Notes under the pieces: generated by a model | What the model saw: only the letters and a program-made list of their open reading frames with translations | Database searches by the model: none | Told to the model about the DNA's origin: nothing | In this document: piece by piece, positions 1 to 10,198 of the stretch | How positions within the stretch are numbered: position 1 is the first letter of the stretch | How the letters are laid out: every line of letters begins with the position of its first letter | Position numbers and translations under genes: made by a program | NCBI GenBank assembly: GCA_041658075.1 | Contig: JBBAAW010000001.1 | Span: 24,778 to 88,777 of the forward strand | Reading direction: 5' to 3' | Source: Patescibacteria group bacterium | GTDB taxonomy: Bacteria; Patescibacteriota; WWE3; UBA101185; UBA10185 | Length of the DNA: 64,000 nucleotides

Positions 1-26
1 AGAAAAAAATTCAGAACGCTAAAACA

Positions 27-563
27 GTGCTTTTTATGGGCAACATTCAACCTCATCAGGGTATTGACTTGATGATCGACTCATTTGCGGAGGCGAGAAA
101 GGCCTATCCAAATTTGACATTGGAGATAGTTGGGAGGGGTCCTTATACAGAATCCGCACAACAAAAAGTGTCCGATGCCGGTCTGTCATCTTGTGTGATA
201 TTTCATGGTTTTGTGGACGATGAAAACAAGGTGGACGAAATTTATAAAAGATCTTTAGTTGGCATGGCACTATATCACCCAGAACTCTCAAGTTTCACAA
301 AGCTTTCTGACCCTGGAAAGATTAAGGACTACCTTTCTGCTGGTCTTCCTGTAATTACAACAAATGTTTTCCCTTTCTCCAAGGAGCTGGCGGAAAGCGG
401 CGCCGGGATTGTAGTCTCTTACGAAAAGGGTTCGGTTGTAGATGCCTTGAAGAGGATTCTTAATCCAAATAATGCAGAGGTTTTCAGAGGGGCTGCTTTA
501 AAACTTGCAAATAAATATCTTTGGGACCTAGTTCTTGATAGAACATTAGAACAGACTAATTAG
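27..563 (+). CDS. Glycosyltransferase family 1 (GT4), C-terminal part; probably 5'-truncated by the window edge
   Basis: C-terminal GT1 signature (E..GKIKDYLSAGLPVITT). The ORF runs from the window start. Confidence 0.55.
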   Translation: MLFMGNIQPHQGIDLMIDSFAEARKAYPNLTLEIVGRGPYTESAQQKVSDAGLSSCVIFHGFVDDENKVDEIYKRSLVGMALYHPELSSFTKLSDPGKIKDYLSAGLPVITTNVFPFSKELAESGAGIVVSYEKGSVVDALKRILNPNNAEVFRGAALKLANKYLWDLVLDRTLEQTN

Positions 564-1798
564 ATCTTGTTTTGTATGTTTTCAAATACTTTGCGAAAGT
601 TTTCTCGATAGTCATACTTTTCTGCTGCATCTGTGACCCCCTTGAGTAGATTATTATACCTGTTGTTATCACTTAGAACATCTACTAATGTTTTAGCTAT
701 ATCAACTGAATCAAAATTAGCAAGAACTCCGGCACCAAGATCCCGGAGCTCGTCTCCAAGGGACGGTCCGCCGTTAGTCATAATAACAGGTAGGCCGGCC
801 CGTAAATACTCTTTGGGTTTAGACACATCGGCATACATGGAAACATTCTCCTTCTCTGGTTTATATAGAGCCAGCCCGATTTTGGCTTGTCTAATAATTT
901 TTATGGCATCCTCAGTTTTTTCAACGAACCCTTTAAAGTCCACATTACTTTCTATGTTTAACTGCTTAGCCATTTCCTGGTATTTTTTGACCGCTGTTTC
1001 ACTTCCGCCCACAAAAGTAATTTTGACATTGGGCATTGCTTTTACCATAAGTGCTAAGGCTTCTAAAGCCACGTCTACCCCGGCGTTTGCGTCCAGTCGT
1101 CCTATATAGGCCAAGGAGTTTTCATTTCTTACAGTTTTCAAATTTTCAAGCGACTCATTTTTGTCTATAGTAACCGCCGGAGCGACAAAATATGATTTTG
1201 CTGTCAGTCCATTTTCTAAATCCCACTCCCGTGTTTTTTGATTGGCATACCAAACTACATCATTTTTTATGCCAACCTTTCTAAGTAATAGTTGGATAAG
1301 CACAAAGATTTTATCCACGAGTTTTATTATTGCGTTATCAGAATTAAGGTAGTACGGCTTGATTTTACGATCAAAGATGGGCAGTACATCACCGCTCATA
1401 AATACAGTTTTATGTACTCGACCTAGAATCTTATAGATCCACATTACAAAAGACCCAAAGCTAGTCTCTCCGATGCCTAAATCAAAAACCCCTCTATTTC
1501 TAGTGAGCTTGCAGGCGGCGTATGTGTTAAGAATATACTGCAGCATAAACGCCATGTAGGAAGGGATCTTAAGTGAAGACCTAAATTTTAATGTAGTCTT
1601 TTGCCCCACTTCATCTAGGACAAACGCCTCATATTCAATCCCGCTTTTAGATAGCGACACAGAGGGGAGCTTTATAACGGTGAGTTTATAATCAGTGTTT
1701 TCGGCAAGATACTTTGATAGAAAATTTAGTGGCGGTGTTCCATAGAAATTGACTACATACAATATTCTTATGTTTGTATTTAGATTACTTTTTTGCAT
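560..1798 (-). CDS. Glycosyltransferase family 1 (GT4)
   Basis: 412-aa ORF with C-terminal GT1 motifs (EYLRAGLPVIMTNGGPSLGDEL). Overlaps its neighbours by 4 and 14 nt. Confidence 0.75.
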   Translation of the reverse strand: MQKSNLNTNIRILYVVNFYGTPPLNFLSKYLAENTDYKLTVIKLPSVSLSKSGIEYEAFVLDEVGQKTTLKFRSSLKIPSYMAFMLQYILNTYAACKLTRNRGVFDLGIGETSFGSFVMWIYKILGRVHKTVFMSGDVLPIFDRKIKPYYLNSDNAIIKLVDKIFVLIQLLLRKVGIKNDVVWYANQKTREWDLENGLTAKSYFVAPAVTIDKNESLENLKTVRNENSLAYIGRLDANAGVDVALEALALMVKAMPNVKITFVGGSETAVKKYQEMAKQLNIESNVDFKGFVEKTEDAIKIIRQAKIGLALYKPEKENVSMYADVSKPKEYLRAGLPVIMTNGGPSLGDELRDLGAGVLANFDSVDIAKTLVDVLSDNNRYNNLLKGVTDAAEKYDYRENFRKVFENIQNKI

Positions 1799-2396
1799 CC
1801 ATCACCATGTAAATTTCTGCCGCTCCACCTACTAAATAACACCAGAATCTTTCAAACAATTCGGGCGACAAATTAATTAGAAAGTTCACCCCCAAGATTA
1901 TTGGTTTTAGTATTAATCCTGCCAGTGGAGGCCAGTCGGGGGCAACAATATACTTCATGTACCATTCCTCATTAGGCCAGGTATAGAAATACCTGATTTT
2001 ACGTGTGACAATGTTGAATCGCGCCCCAGAATAGCCCCATTTTTTGTAATCCCGTTTGGCGTCGAAAATATCAAAGCAGTATATTGAATAAGCTCTTTTA
2101 TGTGTAATGTCGCCCCAGGCATATAAGCTGCTAAAATGCGGAACTCTAAGATATAATCGACCCTTAGGTTTAAGTATTCTGTAAACTTCTTCAATAACTC
2201 TTACTGGATCATCCAAGTGTTCTAATACATGGTACATGTGGATTTCGTCAGCATAATTGTCCGTAAAAGGATATGGTGTTTGGTTCAAATCATGAACTAT
2301 GTCCACGGTATCTTTTTTTATTATATCTACACCTATTGAGCCTGGGATTCTTGAATTATTACAACCTAGATTTAATATTACCTTGCTCATGTTCAC
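1785..2396 (-). CDS. Class I SAM-dependent methyltransferase (Methyltransf_11-like)
   Basis: ILNLGCNN...VDI motif I region and YHVLEHLDDP motif typical of type-11 methyltransferases. Confidence 0.6.
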   Translation of the reverse strand: MNMSKVILNLGCNNSRIPGSIGVDIIKKDTVDIVHDLNQTPYPFTDNYADEIHMYHVLEHLDDPVRVIEEVYRILKPKGRLYLRVPHFSSLYAWGDITHKRAYSIYCFDIFDAKRDYKKWGYSGARFNIVTRKIRYFYTWPNEEWYMKYIVAPDWPPLAGLILKPIILGVNFLINLSPELFERFWCYLVGGAAEIYMVMDAKK

Positions 2397-2400
2397 GATT

Positions 2401-3516
2401 CTATATCAAGCTAACCGACCTGTACAGGTTATTAAGTAATCTACTTTTATCGTTTTCCTTTGCCCAATTAAGCGCTTTATCTCTCATGTCAGAATAAAGG
2501 TTGGTGTCCGACATTAATCTTTCCAGACCTTCCGCAAGCTCTTTGACATTTTCGCAAAGTATTAACAAGCCTCTCTCGTAAGCCTCAACAGCTGTTGATA
2601 TATTTCTGTTGCACACAACGGGCAAACCCGATGCAGCGTATTCTCGAATTTTTAAAGAGTCGGCGTATTTTTCAAATGATTTTACGTTTTCGTACCAGGC
2701 TACACCGATATAAGATTTTGACATTATTTTTATGTTAGTTTGATAGTCAACAAGACCGTGTAATATTACTATATTTTCTAAATTACGCCGGCTTGCTTTT
2801 CCAATAACATTTAATTTTATTGACGGAAACTTTTCCTTTAACAACGACGTTAAATCCAGCAACATGTCGATTTCGGTGTCACTAATGTTAGATTTTGTAT
2901 AAACTAACTCGTAACGATCTTTCTCTTTTGGGTCTATACGCGCGGCATGTTCATAATCAGGGGAGTTTGGCAAGAATACTGCTCTATCCGGATTTTTAAC
3001 GCGTGGCTGTACAATTTCCCGCATGTTTTTGCTTACATATGTTACAAAAGATGCGTGAGCAATGGAGAAATAGTAAATTTTTCTATAGAAAGCATCAAGC
3101 AATTTTATTTCAAATCGACATTCTGAAAAATCTACGGCATGAAACTGCACAGGCGTTTTTCTCAGGAGACTAACGACATAAGCTGACACAAAGTTGAGTG
3201 GATCTACGGCAATAATTAGGTCAATTTTCCCATACGAGAGAGTTTTAAAAATATTAAACACTATTTCGATTGGCCACCTGATTACGCCGGAAAATGGGAT
3301 TTTGTACTCCCGGATTTGTTCTCCGTTTTTTATTCTTGAGCTGTGTACTCCGGCAAGCGGATGCTCAATAAATATTACTTCAAATCCTGTATTCTCGAGA
3401 AAGGAGGTAACATAGTCTATTCCTCCTGGTTTGATTCCCGTTGCCGTGAATATTCTGTGTACAAGGATAACTACTTTTTTTCTTGTTGTTGGTGTTGTCA
3501 TAATGTCTTGTTCCAA
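2401..3516 (-). CDS. Glycosyltransferase family 1 (GT4)
   Basis: C-terminal GT1 domain (KIREYAASGLPVVCNRN). Confidence 0.7.
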   Translation of the reverse strand: MEQDIMTTPTTRKKVVILVHRIFTATGIKPGGIDYVTSFLENTGFEVIFIEHPLAGVHSSRIKNGEQIREYKIPFSGVIRWPIEIVFNIFKTLSYGKIDLIIAVDPLNFVSAYVVSLLRKTPVQFHAVDFSECRFEIKLLDAFYRKIYYFSIAHASFVTYVSKNMREIVQPRVKNPDRAVFLPNSPDYEHAARIDPKEKDRYELVYTKSNISDTEIDMLLDLTSLLKEKFPSIKLNVIGKASRRNLENIVILHGLVDYQTNIKIMSKSYIGVAWYENVKSFEKYADSLKIREYAASGLPVVCNRNISTAVEAYERGLLILCENVKELAEGLERLMSDTNLYSDMRDKALNWAKENDKSRLLNNLYRSVSLI

Positions 3517-5270
3517 ACTTCGAGCAGGAACATTCTCCAGAGTAAATATTCCTTTTGCATTTTTATGGGTCCAAAACAGTTAAAATCTAATGAACTTTCA
3601 AGAGTTTTCCTTCCTACGATACCAGATGTTAATGAGTCCGCACCCAATATATAAGATCTTACTTTGTCGATATTGTTAGTTAATACATCAAACATTGGTA
3701 GCATAAATCCCCGCTTTTTTCTTGTGGTTACATCAGACGGAAGGTATTTTTCGGCTACTTTTCTCAATATGTATTTTTCATTTGAACCATTCATACTGAA
3801 TGTCTCACCTTTTATCTTGTATTTATTTGGAAGACTAAATGCGTACTCCACGATTCGATGGTCCAAATAGGGAACTCTAGCCTCAACGGATGCGGACATT
3901 GTTGCCTTGTCTACCTTCATAAGAAGGTGGTTTGGGAGCTGTATATTTACCTCAACCGAAGAGATGGTTCTAAAAACATCATCTTGCTTGTTTTGCTTGA
4001 AAATTGAATTCCAGTAGGATATGTACCTTGGTGTTTTAAAGGAGATATTTCTTGATATTGCATAGTAGTAGGCAGTCGCTTTTAAAGGTGTGGGTAGAAT
4101 AGAAAAAGGAAGCTTTGAAAGCCCAAACCACGAATAACCTCCAAATATTTCATCCGACCCCTCACCCAAAAGAATAACCGTGATGCCTTGCCGCTTTAAT
4201 TCTTTACAAAGTATCGCTGTAGATATCACCCCCCCGTCAAAAGTACCCATGTCATCAAATATCGGGGCGTAACTCTCAATATTATTGATTATGTTTTTAG
4301 TGTCAATAAACACTTCGTGGTGATCTGTTCCTAAATACTCAGCAACTTTTGCCGCATTCTGACTTTCATTGAATTTATGATCGAACCTCGCGGTATATGT
4401 TTTTATCTTATTACTCGTTGAGTTCTGGGCATACGCAGCTATTAATGACGAATCCAGTCCTCCAGACAACAGTATTCCCACAGGCACATCGGAGACCATG
4501 TGCTCCATAACAGATGTCTTTAGCAAGTCATCCAGTTTTTCCACTGCTTCTTCGAACGTATCTTTACTGTTTTCATTTATTCGAGGTAAGGACCAATACC
4601 TTCTATTAGTTATCTGTTTGGACTTTGCCTCCCATTTTAAATAACAACCGGGTTCCACCTTTTTGATATTTTTAAACAAAGTGTTTATTCGATCCGGTAG
4701 AAACATGAACCCGAGTAATAGTTCAACTTTGTCGCGATCAACATTTTCTTTCAGACTATAGTCAGGTACCGCTTTAAAAGCTTTTACTTCACTTGAAAAG
4801 AAAAGGCAACCCTCTTTATTTAAGTAATAGAGGGGTTTTATTCCAATTCTGTCCCTAACTAAAAACGCCGTCTCTTTTTTATAGTCGTATAAAGCAATGG
4901 CGAACATCCCCCTAAGTTTTTCAAAAACCCCCTCGCCCCATTCTCTATAACCATGCAGAATTACTTCCGTATCGGACTCGGATTTAAATTGATAGCCTTT
5001 TCCCGCCAGCTCTTTTTTAAGATCTTTAAAGTTATATATTTCCCCGTTTTGACAAACCGCAACCGATTTATCCATGTTTTGCATGGGCATTCTACCTTTT
5101 TCAGAAAGATCAATAATACTTAATCTTTTAGACCCCAAGGAGATTTTTCTATCAAAGTCTTCCAGAATACCCTGGTCGTCCGGTCCTCTATGGTGAATCA
5201 AGTCCAGCATATTTTGAGTAACGCCACGATACTTTTGATTCACATTTATTATTCCGGCAATTCCACACAT
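3498..5270 (-). CDS. asnB: Asparagine synthase (glutamine-hydrolysing)-family amidotransferase, likely amidating a sugar carboxylate
   Basis: N-terminal MCGIAGI (Cys2 nucleophile), SGGLDSS PP-loop, 590 aa. Lies inside a glycan locus. Confidence 0.85.
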   Translation of the reverse strand: MCGIAGIINVNQKYRGVTQNMLDLIHHRGPDDQGILEDFDRKISLGSKRLSIIDLSEKGRMPMQNMDKSVAVCQNGEIYNFKDLKKELAGKGYQFKSESDTEVILHGYREWGEGVFEKLRGMFAIALYDYKKETAFLVRDRIGIKPLYYLNKEGCLFFSSEVKAFKAVPDYSLKENVDRDKVELLLGFMFLPDRINTLFKNIKKVEPGCYLKWEAKSKQITNRRYWSLPRINENSKDTFEEAVEKLDDLLKTSVMEHMVSDVPVGILLSGGLDSSLIAAYAQNSTSNKIKTYTARFDHKFNESQNAAKVAEYLGTDHHEVFIDTKNIINNIESYAPIFDDMGTFDGGVISTAILCKELKRQGITVILLGEGSDEIFGGYSWFGLSKLPFSILPTPLKATAYYYAISRNISFKTPRYISYWNSIFKQNKQDDVFRTISSVEVNIQLPNHLLMKVDKATMSASVEARVPYLDHRIVEYAFSLPNKYKIKGETFSMNGSNEKYILRKVAEKYLPSDVTTRKKRGFMLPMFDVLTNNIDKVRSYILGADSLTSGIVGRKTLESSLDFNCFGPIKMQKEYLLWRMFLLEVWNKTL

Positions 5271-5271
5271 G

Positions 5272-6219
5272 TTATTTACTTGCCTCCACCTTTACCATTG
5301 GCCAGAACATGGGCAAGTTTTCTGCCATCCACGTAACAACATTTCTGACTATTGGATTCTTTATATATTCAAATACTAACCTTGTTTTAAAGTGGCTTAC
5401 AACGACTTTTCTAAAGCCCGCCTGTTTATGTAACCTTATTAAGTTCGACGAAGTGAAGGAAAGTTCATACCCAAACTTCATATGTCGCGATTTTAGCACT
5501 TTGATGTGAATGAATTCCGCTAGCTGTTTTAGCATCGGTACGTTTGGAATATTGCCCCACATTTGCCTATAAGTAAGCGATCCTAGATTTAGATAGGGAA
5601 CTGTATTAAAGGTTTTTCCATTGTCTTTTAGCACTCTATACATTTCGGAAACGGCCTTTGAAGTGTCCTTAAAGTGTTCTAGTACGCCACCGCCATAAAT
5701 TAGATCAACACACGAGCTGCTTAGGGGCATATACTTAATGTCGCCATGAATTAAAAGGTAGTTATCTATCCCTTCTTGATCCAGCAGTTTTTGGGCCAAC
5801 ATTAATGCTTCAAGCGAAAAATCCACCCCAATGACAAGCTTGACCTCCCGAGCTATTTGACTGGCAAAAAACATTGGTCCGCAACCGATTTCTAAGAAAA
5901 CCTTATTTTTGTTTAGGGTTTCATTTTCTGTTAACTGCGGATAGACATAGGAAAAATCCTCAGTGACGTACGCTTGAAGGCGCTCCTTTATATAGTGACT
6001 CTCTAGGTTTGAATAATATTGGTTCCATTTAGCTATTGAGAGGTCCAGATCCTTTTCTGCAGAGTTTAAAAAGCTATAAATTTTACCAATTTTTATATAC
6101 TTCTTTTCAATATTGCACTTGGCACATCTTAGGAATTCTTTTCCCTCGTCAAAAAGTTGACTATGACAGTATGGGCAGGCTATTAAAGTGTTCTTCACTG
6201 AAGTAGGCTTCTGTTCCAT
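5272..6219 (-). CDS. SAM-dependent methyltransferase with N-terminal zinc-ribbon (CxxC...CxxC)
   Basis: CPYCHS...CAKCN zinc ribbon. LEIGCGPMFFASQIAREV motif I, VIGVDFS motif II. Confidence 0.65.
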   Translation of the reverse strand: MEQKPTSVKNTLIACPYCHSQLFDEGKEFLRCAKCNIEKKYIKIGKIYSFLNSAEKDLDLSIAKWNQYYSNLESHYIKERLQAYVTEDFSYVYPQLTENETLNKNKVFLEIGCGPMFFASQIAREVKLVIGVDFSLEALMLAQKLLDQEGIDNYLLIHGDIKYMPLSSSCVDLIYGGGVLEHFKDTSKAVSEMYRVLKDNGKTFNTVPYLNLGSLTYRQMWGNIPNVPMLKQLAEFIHIKVLKSRHMKFGYELSFTSSNLIRLHKQAGFRKVVVSHFKTRLVFEYIKNPIVRNVVTWMAENLPMFWPMVKVEASK

Positions 6220-7265
6220 TCTATGGTTCTTTTTAAACCTTCTTTTAACGACACTTTGGGACTATACTTTAGCAGTTTCTCGGCCTTTTCAATGTTGGGG
6301 TGAACCCTGGAAGGTGCGTCCACAACGTGGCTTTTATCTGAGTTTTCCTTTACACTCACACCCTCCTTTATTCCGCACAGCTCGTGAATTATTTCTGCTA
6401 GATGTTTTATAGTAACTTCCTCTTTATTATTGGCCACATTAACCGGATCCGCATTAAGGTTTGAAAACAGCAAACGGAAAAATAAAACCGTGGCATCTGA
6501 GACATAACAATAGCACCTTGTATCCAGTCCCTTGTTGAGCATTTGAATGGGTTTCTTTTCGAGTCCGGACTTCATAAATTCGGCCATGACTCTTCTATCT
6601 CCCACCTTTAGCCCAGGACCGTATACAATAAATGGTCTGGCAATCTTAATGGGGACACCGAATTTTTTAAAGTAGATATTACATAATGTTTCGCTTAATC
6701 TTTTAGATTCGGCGTAGCAGGCACGAGGCGCTAAGGGGGAAACGTTTCCGTTATATGTTTCTGGTGTTGGAATATTTTCTGGTGTTGGATTTCCGTAAAT
6801 TTCACCGGAACTCATGTAAAGGATACTTGAAACCTTATGCTCTTTAGAGTATTCCAGAATCCATCTAATACCCTTAACATTAACATCCAGGGTTCCAAGA
6901 GGGTCGCTCTCAAAAAAAGCTGGTGCAGATCTACCGGCGGCATGAACTATATAATCAACTTTCCTCTTTGTTTCGTAAGGATTTATAGAATCGTGCTTCA
7001 CAAACATTACATCTTTTCTTCCCAATAGATAACCCAATCTCCCGTTTTTATCCATTCCTGACCTTTGCAAACCTATGACTTTAGCAGGCTCTTTTTTTGG
7101 ATTTTTGTCGTTAAAATATAAGATGGTTTCAACCAGGTAGCTGGCGAGTAATCCCTCCGGACCTGTAATCAGAAAGGTCTTACCAAGAATCTTTTCTTTT
7201 TCACTTTTTAACTCGTTGTAAATTTCTTCTAAATCTTTGCGAATTATTTCTGACGCTTTTTGCAT
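6195..7265 (-). CDS. NAD-dependent epimerase/dehydratase (extended SDR) acting on a nucleotide sugar
   Basis: Rossmann fold LITGPEGLLASYL. Catalytic Y..ESK-like motif (YAESKRLSE). Confidence 0.75.
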   Translation of the reverse strand: MQKASEIIRKDLEEIYNELKSEKEKILGKTFLITGPEGLLASYLVETILYFNDKNPKKEPAKVIGLQRSGMDKNGRLGYLLGRKDVMFVKHDSINPYETKRKVDYIVHAAGRSAPAFFESDPLGTLDVNVKGIRWILEYSKEHKVSSILYMSSGEIYGNPTPENIPTPETYNGNVSPLAPRACYAESKRLSETLCNIYFKKFGVPIKIARPFIVYGPGLKVGDRRVMAEFMKSGLEKKPIQMLNKGLDTRCYCYVSDATVLFFRLLFSNLNADPVNVANNKEEVTIKHLAEIIHELCGIKEGVSVKENSDKSHVVDAPSRVHPNIEKAEKLLKYSPKVSLKEGLKRTIEWNRSLLQ

Positions 7266-8179
7266 TTTTGTAGTACCTTTCTGTAAATTGATTCTCCGTC
7301 CAGTCCAAGGTATTGATACAGCTCCTGCTTGTGACCGTAAATGTCAAGGTACTTATCGTCTATACCAATACGAGTAAGCATGGGCTTTGTACCGGCTGGT
7401 AATTCGGCAACCAATTCGGCTATCACAGACCCCAGCCCGCCAATTACGCTATGTTCTTCAACGGTGAATAGATATTTTGCCTTACTGATGATGTTTATAA
7501 TCTCCTTATTCAGAGGCTTTATAGTGTTTATACCCACTACTGTGGGATCTATTCCTTTCTTTGTTAATCTCTCTTCGGCCAATAAGCTTTCTTTTACTGT
7601 CTCTCCAAAGGAGATAATTACCACTTGACTGTTTCCCCTGCGAGCGATTCTATAATCTGCGAATTTGTTATTGTTTGTTTGGTTTTCGGTTTGTTCTGGC
7701 AAGTTCAGCGTCAGCCTAATATAAGTTGGTCCGTCTATTCGAGCGGCTTCTCTAAGTGTCTTTTCGGTTCCCTCTGCATTTTCCGGGGTAAATATTCGCA
7801 TTCCGGGAATTGTTCTCATGATGGCAATATCCTCAATTGAATGGTGGGTGGCACCCAGGGAACTGTAGGAGACTCCGCTTCCTATTCCTACAATTTTTAC
7901 ATTTGCGCTATGGCAGCCAACCCCCACGCGTATTTGGTCAAAGACTCTGGATGTAATAAACGGCGTTATAGTATATGCAAATGGTTTCCACCCATCAAGA
8001 GCCATTCCTGCCGCCGCGCTGATCATTGCAGCCTCGGAAATTCCCACATTAAAAAATCTGTCCGGGTATTTATCCTTAATCTTTCTAAGAAGAAAGGCAC
8101 CGATATCACCCAGGAACAATACCACTTTGGGATCTTCATCAAACAACTTCTCTATTGTTTTAACAAAGGTTTTTCTCAT
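7244..8179 (-). CDS. Transketolase, C-terminal (pyrimidine-binding + C-terminal) subunit of a split transketolase
   Basis: FNVGISEAAMISAAAGMALDGWKPFAYTITPF signature. The ORF track start at 8305 is a TTG extension; the internal ATG at 8179 gives a 20-nt overlap with the upstream subunit gene. Confidence 0.8.
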   Translation of the reverse strand: MRKTFVKTIEKLFDEDPKVVLFLGDIGAFLLRKIKDKYPDRFFNVGISEAAMISAAAGMALDGWKPFAYTITPFITSRVFDQIRVGVGCHSANVKIVGIGSGVSYSSLGATHHSIEDIAIMRTIPGMRIFTPENAEGTEKTLREAARIDGPTYIRLTLNLPEQTENQTNNNKFADYRIARRGNSQVVIISFGETVKESLLAEERLTKKGIDPTVVGINTIKPLNKEIINIISKAKYLFTVEEHSVIGGLGSVIAELVAELPAGTKPMLTRIGIDDKYLDIYGHKQELYQYLGLDGESIYRKVLQKCKKRQK

Positions 8180-9029
8180 AGTGTTTTTCTTGTAGGTCAA
8201 GCTCTTCCATTGCTTTAAGATATTCTTCTTCCGTTGGAATTCCGGTATGCCATTTGTTATCGTTTTCCATAAACGGTATACCTTTTCCTTTAACTGTGTG
8301 GGCAATCAAAGCTGTAGGTTTACCTTTGATTAACGGACATTTAATTAGTGCGCCATAAATTTTGTTAATATCATGTCCTTCCACATCTAGAGTTTCCCAA
8401 CCAAAAGCCGACCATTTTAACTTTAGGTCATGTGGATCTTGCACGGCAACAGCACTCCCACTTGATTGCATTTCGTTATTGTCCAATATAACTACCAGAT
8501 TATCCAACTTTTGGTGAGAGGCTATAGCTGCCGCTTCCCATGTTGACCCCTCGTTGCATTCTCCATCTCCAACCACGCAAAATATCTTGCGGTGCGACTT
8601 TTCTAATTTTGCCGCCATGGCAAACCCCACACCCATGGGAAATCCATGTCCTAAAGAACCGGTGGATACTTCAACGCCTGGAATTTTATTATGGTCAGGG
8701 TGGCCGCCAAGGATTCCATTTCTTGTGCAAAACTTTTCAAGCTCATCCATAGGGAAAAATCTCCGTCTCGCCAACACAGAATACAAAGATACACAGCCGT
8801 GCCCTTTACTAAGAATAAATCTATCCCTTTCTTTATTTGATAAATCCCGCTTATCTATCTTGAGAATTTTTGAATAAAGTACTACCAGCATTTCTACTAT
8901 AGACATAGCCGCCCCAATATGTCCGTCTTTAGATCCGTAGATCATTCTTATTACATCTCGTCTTACTTGAATGGCCAGCTTCTTGAGCTTTGTTATTTCC
9001 GCTTTATTCATGTTCATATTCTGTTTCAT
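8160..9029 (-). CDS. Transketolase, N-terminal (ThDP-binding) subunit of a split transketolase
   Basis: GHIGAAMSIVEML...SKGHG...GSLGHGFPMGVGFA thiamine-diphosphate binding motifs. Confidence 0.85.
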   Translation of the reverse strand: MKQNMNMNKAEITKLKKLAIQVRRDVIRMIYGSKDGHIGAAMSIVEMLVVLYSKILKIDKRDLSNKERDRFILSKGHGCVSLYSVLARRRFFPMDELEKFCTRNGILGGHPDHNKIPGVEVSTGSLGHGFPMGVGFAMAAKLEKSHRKIFCVVGDGECNEGSTWEAAAIASHQKLDNLVVILDNNEMQSSGSAVAVQDPHDLKLKWSAFGWETLDVEGHDINKIYGALIKCPLIKGKPTALIAHTVKGKGIPFMENDNKWHTGIPTEEEYLKAMEELDLQEKHYEKNLC

Positions 9030-10195
9030 TTTTTTAACAAGCTACAAAGCAACTCAAGCTCGCCTTTTGTTAGTTCAGGGTTATTAGCAATGTAAAAGCC
9101 ATTTTCGTGAACTAATTCGCTTACGGGTGTTTCGTATGTTTTTGAAATGTATTTTTTAAAGAAGGGCTGTCTTGTTATATTTCCCGCGATAACAGGTCTA
9201 ATTTCAATGTCGTGCTTTATGAACCTATCGCGGTATTTTCTATACAAAACTTTAGTCTTAAAAATTAAGGGATAGGTAAAGTTAGAAACCAGCGACATAT
9301 AAGGTACATTGTAATGATATAAGTGATTGTTGCTATTGGCTGTCTTTTCGTATAGTTTATAGTTACTTTCTCTTTTGCCAACAACCTCATCCCAATAATT
9401 TATCTGTACATTTCCAATAAAACCCTGGATATCTGTAGGTCTAACATTATAGGCTAGGTCGTAAAAAGTATATTTGGACACAAACGGATCAATTTTGTGT
9501 TTTTTTATTAGATCGGTGCGCGCTTTCTCGGGAATGTTTCTGTCCCACCCATGGGCCCTCACCATACAAAGCATGTGGTAAAATTCCTCATCATCCGTAC
9601 ACACCATGCCCCCTTCAATTGTGGACAAGTGGTGTCCAACATAGGTTGAGAAAGTTGAAGCAAACCCAAAGTTTCCTAATAATGTACTGCCGATTTTTGA
9701 ACCTAGTGCTTCGCAATTGTCCTCTATAAGAATTATTTTGTTTTCCTTACAGAACGACGCTATTTTATTTAGTTCTCCGCCAAACCCCAAAACATTAGTA
9801 ACAAAAAGAGCCTTAAACTTATCTTTACTATAGGAGGCTTTGATGGTCTTAACGGAAATGTTTAAACTCTCAAGTTCGCAGTCAACGGGGATAGGTTCAA
9901 GACCCAGCTGTATGAGGGGCATTACATTTGTAGCCCATGTTATTGTTGAAAACCCAACTTTATCCCCCTTTGATATTTTACCCGTATTTAACAATGCTTG
10001 AATGAGTGCTAAATTTGCGGCACTTCCGTTAGAGACAAACAACGCGTATTTTCTACCTTGTTTTTCTGCAAACAGCCTTTCAAACTTTCTACACTCATCG
10101 TACATACTTAATATATCGGCCTTTTTGATAAACTCGGCCAGTTTTTTCTTTGTTTCTTTCTCTTTGTAAAATGTTGAACGAATTAGCTTTAGCAT
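9026..10195 (-). CDS. DegT/DnrJ/EryC1/StrS-family PLP-dependent nucleotide-sugar aminotransferase
   Basis: 389 aa, fold-type I aminotransferase pattern. Sits in an operon with gmd. Confidence 0.75.
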   Translation of the reverse strand: MLKLIRSTFYKEKETKKKLAEFIKKADILSMYDECRKFERLFAEKQGRKYALFVSNGSAANLALIQALLNTGKISKGDKVGFSTITWATNVMPLIQLGLEPIPVDCELESLNISVKTIKASYSKDKFKALFVTNVLGFGGELNKIASFCKENKIILIEDNCEALGSKIGSTLLGNFGFASTFSTYVGHHLSTIEGGMVCTDDEEFYHMLCMVRAHGWDRNIPEKARTDLIKKHKIDPFVSKYTFYDLAYNVRPTDIQGFIGNVQINYWDEVVGKRESNYKLYEKTANSNNHLYHYNVPYMSLVSNFTYPLIFKTKVLYRKYRDRFIKHDIEIRPVIAGNITRQPFFKKYISKTYETPVSELVHENGFYIANNPELTKGELELLCSLLKK

Positions 10196-10198
10196 AAG

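Noticed and set aside
633-1109. 158-aa plus-strand ORF (and similar ORFs at 34-291, 1955-2194, 3194-3654, 6837-7028, 7341-8218, 8540-8877 etc.) lying antisense inside well-supported genes
   Set aside because: Shadow ORFs opposite real coding frames. Low-complexity, Ser/Pro/Arg-rich translations with no motifs.
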